64,000 bases of DNA from Epiperipatus broadwayi (lineage: Eukaryota; Animalia; Onychophora). The notes beneath the pieces were generated by a model, which was not told the origin of the DNA, did no database searches, and worked only from the letters and a program-made list of their open reading frames with translations. The position numbers and the translations under genes were made by a program. The stretch covers positions 5,084,001 to 5,148,000 of the forward strand of contig JAQFVV010000011.1 in the NCBI GenBank assembly GCA_028023455.1. Reading direction: 5' to 3'. Positions 61,883 to 64,000 of this stretch are shown here, in pieces. Positions within the stretch are counted from its first letter, which is position 1. Every line of letters starts with the position of its first letter.

Positions 61883-64000
61883 ATAATAAAAGTTTTTTGC
61901 TAAAAAGTGAAGTGTTTGAGTTTTTTGAAATTCAATATTACATATAATATTGTTGATTTTTCTGGATTTATTGTTTCTTATTGGCTAATTGGATTAACTA
62001 TTTGTTTTTTTAATATATTTTTTCCTTTTATATAATTAATAGGAATTAAAATCTCTAAAACCTATCAAATTGTGATAATAGTCTTGGAAACTTGTTGAAT
62101 ATCTTCAGGTATTATCCTTAGAGTTAGGAACTTGAATTATTCTTTAACGTGGCACACACAAATTATTGCTTCCAAGATCAGTTACACAGATAGACTCTTT
62201 TTAGATTTGATTGTTTTTTTGTTGGACTCTTCTGTGTTAGAATCAAATTATCTGCTGGATTCTTCTATGTTGAATCAGTTCTTTCACTGTTCTCAAGTCC
62301 ATATATAATCAATATTCATGCTTGTATTAAAGTTTATCACTTGTTTTTCAGTGAAGGTTTGCAGTCCCCATATGCCCATAACAATAGGAATTCATGTGAT
62401 GTTGTCCCTATGTATATATCACAGAACTTTGTTTGATTTATTTGCTGTCGGTTAGCATGTAAGTGCTCTCCATTAACTAACTGGATTGATGATCCATTAT
62501 AATGATCACATTTTACAATCTAACATCTTTGGATACTTTTTAAGGTTGTGTTGATCTAAAATTACCTCCACCACTATATATCCTTGATGTTTAAATCAGT
62601 CACAAAACATTTCGATTACATTGTTTCTTGAATAAAACAGTCAAAGAAATGAAAAGATTTATTAGTCTTTACATTTTCATTATAGTCACAAGAAGGAGAG
62701 GAATCTATTTACCTTGGTAATCTATAATGACTTTACTGCTTTGCAGTATTTTGAAGTTTTTCTTATTATAATTTGAGTCTTGAAGGTTGAGTTTGAGTAT
62801 TTCAACCTTGAGTATTTAAACCTTCATATGTTATTCATTATCATATGCTTTGGGGCCAGAATTTACATGTATGTGTGAGCATCTCTGTTCCATGTGATTT
62901 TATTACATCTACAACAAGCTTTAACTAATGTTATTTTTCATCTACTATGTGTTACAAATTTGTTTTGTAACCAGTTATGTACCCTTGACTGAACTTGTTT
63001 TTCTGAGTAAGCATTCTTTGGTAGAAAAGTCTCATCAGATGTCAACTCCATTAGGAATGCTTAAGTGACTGATGTTAAGTGTGATATTAGGGGTCATTAG
63101 AACCTTGACTTGTAGATCATGATTCTTCATACCACCTATGAAGCTGTCCCTTGTATGAAGTGTAAATTTGCAACCTGAATTATGTTACCGAATTCAGTAA
63201 TGTAATCTATCACCTTTTCATCATTCTTCTTGTTCTATAGGTCAAAATGACATCTGCAATATTTTTTTTTTGTTTTAGGTATAAATAGGTTATAGTAGAT
63301 CAGATGTTAGCTCCAATGAATGTATTGGAGTAGCCTGAGATGACAAGACTTTATATGTCTCAGTCCCATGCACACTTATAAATGCTACAACATGTTTTTA
63401 TTTGGTTTGTTTTCAGAAAAATAAATTAATATTTTTGAGTAAACAACCTAATTTTTTAAGCAATGTGAATCAAGTTCTTCCAGTGAATATTGTTTTTTTT
63501 TTCTTTTTAACTGATTTACATGGGAAATGTCAACTGACTGCCATTTTTCTGCAATAAATAAATTTATTATATTTTATTATTAATAATAAGATTAAATATA
63601 TAACAGTTTATGTTTATTAATTTAATAAAAGGACAATTTTAACATTACAAATGTGTTGAAAATTTGGCCCCATTGTATTTACCTGGGTTTAAAAATTTGA
63701 GCTGGAAAATATTACTCAACTAAATGCTGGATACTTAGTTTCCACAGCACAGTAACATACTCTGTTTTAATTGTTGTGTTATTTCATGGTTTATGGGTAA
63801 CTGCTTGATTAGCTATAACTCAGAATTAATCATGCATGGGATTTGTTATTGTGGTGTATCATAATTTAAATATAAGCATTGATTATCCATGACAGTATGG
63901 TAACTTTATTGTGTTTGGTTTGTTTATTGGCTGAATTGTTTCTAGTCAATAATTAATTGGATTGGTTGACTTTTTTTAAGTCGTTCTTTCCTATATGATA

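Larger units (their letters stand above)
61496..61945. mobile_element. Fold-back element (HHR family 3) with an HHR in each arm
   Basis: Arms 61496-61682 and 61758-61945, nearly identical. Confidence 0.88.

Noticed and set aside
37800-64000. A second host gene downstream of ALG9
   Set aside because: No exon-like segment with recognisable protein similarity and splice sites was found; small exons could have been missed.

Overview
AT-rich, CpG-depleted eukaryotic DNA, probably arthropod (taxon is inference). The only host gene is the 3' half of ALG9 (ER alpha-1,2-mannosyltransferase): seven phase-consistent GT-AG exons on the + strand between 738 and 37334. The rest is transposon-derived. It includes three related APE-RT LINE copies (two near full length, ORF1 with an SGNH-esterase-like domain), a more decayed LINE, RTE fragments, Penelope-like (PLE) RT and GIY-YIG remnants, tRNA-derived SINEs and several long fold-back palindromes. 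The most interesting signal is a set of non-coding insertions carrying minimal hammerhead ribozyme (HHR) motifs. One family has about 9 copies sharing an architecture: inverted arms, a one-sided ~50-bp tail and 11-17-bp target duplications. In one copy the fold-back junction lies at the predicted self-cleavage site, and two copies are split by a LINE at the same position. A second HHR family is coupled to a tRNA-like segment, and a third is a palindrome with an HHR on each strand. All calls come from reading the sequence by eye; no database searches or folding computations were run.
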